DNA of 64,000 nt from a virus. Location of the stretch: IMG/VR virus record IMGVR_UViG_3300031920_000309; one strand, written 5' to 3'. A program made the translations under genes and the position numbers. Numbering within the stretch: position 1 is the stretch's first letter; every line of letters begins with the position of its first letter. Shown here one piece after another: positions 62,719 to 64,000 of the stretch. The notes beneath the pieces were generated by a model. That model did not search any database and was not told where the DNA came from. It saw only the letters and a program-made list of their open reading frames with translations.

Positions 62719-64000
62719 ATGAACGACACCGACGAGCTGGGACTCGCGACGAGCGTTTCGGACGAAATCAGATCACGTGTACGTGACATGTGTGAAAAGG
62801 CCAAAGAAGACAGCGGTGCACCGTTCGAACTGTGTGTATTAGAAGATTTGGTATACATCAAACAACACGATCCGGCTGGATGGGAACGAGTTCGTACCAG
62901 GTTACAGAAAGCAAAGATCCGGATGAGGGCGCTTGACAATGCCGTAGACGAAATTGTGGTAAGCGCGGATGCCGCAGAAAAGAACGACGCATTGACACAC
63001 ACGGTAGACCCAAAAATAGTCAACGCGGCATGGGAGTTACTGGAAACAGGTACACTATTGGACAGCATTGTCACGGCAACTGCTGCCAATATGAAGGGCG
63101 GCGGAGATTTTAGACGGTTGGTGACAATATCAGGAAACACAGCGTTTGTCGAGGGTACAAAATTGTCGTTGTCAACGGTAGGTGGGGCGATGAGCGGAAA
63201 AACGGCCCAGTCCGATGAGGTGATGCGCCACTTTCCGCCAGAAAACGTGATCAACCTAGCAGAGGTAAGCCCAAAAGCATTTTATTATATGTCCAAACAC
63301 ATGGATTTTAGTAAAAAAATAGTACGAATCAACGACGCCAGAGAATCTCATATTCCAGTGATAAAAGTCCTTGAGGACGATTCGCCGATACCTGCCACCA
63401 ATTATACCGTCCATGACGGGGTAGGGGTGGAACTGACGATTAGGGGCAAGCCGGTTCTGTGGACAACTTCGGTCGGGCCGCTGACAGACAAGGATGGGCA
63501 AACGGTGAGTAGGTCGCTGATGATAACACCAGGCAAAATGGGAGAGGAGGGGGACCGGACAGTAAAGCGGGCGATCTGGGAAAACGAGCAGTTCGGTGAT
63601 ATGCTAGACAATGAAGGGGAGGAGCAACGACAGATCCACAAAGAAGCGTTCAGGATATTGAGAGATCGTGAGGGTACAGTACTGATACCATTCCTGGCAG
63701 ACCCACCAAAGAGTTGTAGCAGGAGAGGGGTTAGGCAGTTCGCCGCGATGATAAAATCATTGGCATTCATCAACCAGTACAAACGAACCAGGATAGTGGC
63801 GGGCGGTAACCGGTACATACTCGCGAACTACGACGATTTTGCAGAAGCCGCCAGGTTGTGGTACATGTTCGCGGATCTCCAAACGCACAAGAGCGGAGGA
63901 AAGACCGTAACCGACGTTATTGTCTGCCTTCTGACCGAAGCACCGAACGTGGACCTGGGGAGGGATGACCCGTTGTGCAGGACACCAAAAGAGATCGCCG
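62719..64000 (+). CDS. MCM-like AAA+ replicative helicase, partial (runs off the window; not in ORF track)
   Basis: Open frame from ATG 62719 to the end: GGAMSGKT Walker A, VRINDA, VSRSLMI Arg finger, RQFAAMIKSLAFINQYKR, DDFAEAARL. Confidence 0.75.
   Translation, partial: MNDTDELGLATSVSDEIRSRVRDMCEKAKEDSGAPFELCVLEDLVYIKQHDPAGWERVRTRLQKAKIRMRALDNAVDEIVVSADAAEKNDALTHTVDPKIVNAAWELLETGTLLDSIVTATAANMKGGGDFRRLVTISGNTAFVEGTKLSLSTVGGAMSGKTAQSDEVMRHFPPENVINLAEVSPKAFYYMSKHMDFSKKIVRINDARESHIPVIKVLEDDSPIPATNYTVHDGVGVELTIRGKPVLWTTSVGPLTDKDGQTVSRSLMITPGKMGEEGDRTVKRAIWENEQFGDMLDNEGEEQRQIHKEAFRILRDREGTVLIPFLADPPKSCSRRGVRQFAAMIKSLAFINQYKRTRIVAGGNRYILANYDDFAEAARLWYMFADLQTHKSGGKTVTDVIVCLLTEAPNVDLGRDDPLCRTPKEIA

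Larger units (their letters stand above)
1..64000. mobile_element. Segment of an archaeal virus or virus-like element, probably tailless; both ends lie outside the window
   Basis: Dense ATGA-coupled operons of small hypothetical, structural, receptor-binding, HNH, ArdA and replication genes; archaeal tRNA intron and promoters; no host core genes. Confidence 0.85.

Noticed and set aside
1-64000. CRISPR array or mini-array
   Set aside because: No repeat-spacer periodicity seen; the repeats found are adjacent duplications or coding repeats
1-64000. Classification as a head-tail virus based on Mtd and collar-like domains
   Set aside because: No terminase, portal, HK97 capsid, tail tube or baseplate motif recognised; fibre domains are mobile between virus types

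Overview
The whole window reads as part of one archaeal virus or virus-like element; no host housekeeping genes or element ends are visible. Archaeal origin is supported by a tRNA-Gln with a bulge-helix-bulge intron, a Hef-type helicase, an archaeal Holliday-junction-resolvase-type nuclease, TATA promoters and GGAGG/GGTGA ribosome-binding sites. A methanogen/ANME-like host is an inference. Layout: (1) 0.1-9 kb early/recombination genes (ardA, glutaredoxin, resolvase, Hef, ASCH, Zn fingers); (2) 9-25 kb a 2881-aa protein with PEGA, Ig-like and thermonuclease genes; (3) 25-35 kb regulators, a possible lysis cassette, an FTR-like Fe-S protein, an HNH endonuclease and two tRNAs; (4) 35-60 kb a structural region with three paralogous ~380-aa and one 344-aa two-domain beta-rich capsid-like proteins, small beta-sandwich proteins and many receptor-binding proteins, one an Mtd-like protein with a DGR-type variable region but no RT/TR seen, interrupted by a six-gene nucleotide-sugar/glycosyltransferase operon; (5) 60-64 kb DUF5131 and a truncated MCM-like helicase. 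I saw no HK97 capsid, portal, terminase, tail tube, integrase, polymerase or packaging ATPase. All family assignments come from motifs recognised by eye; no searches were run.
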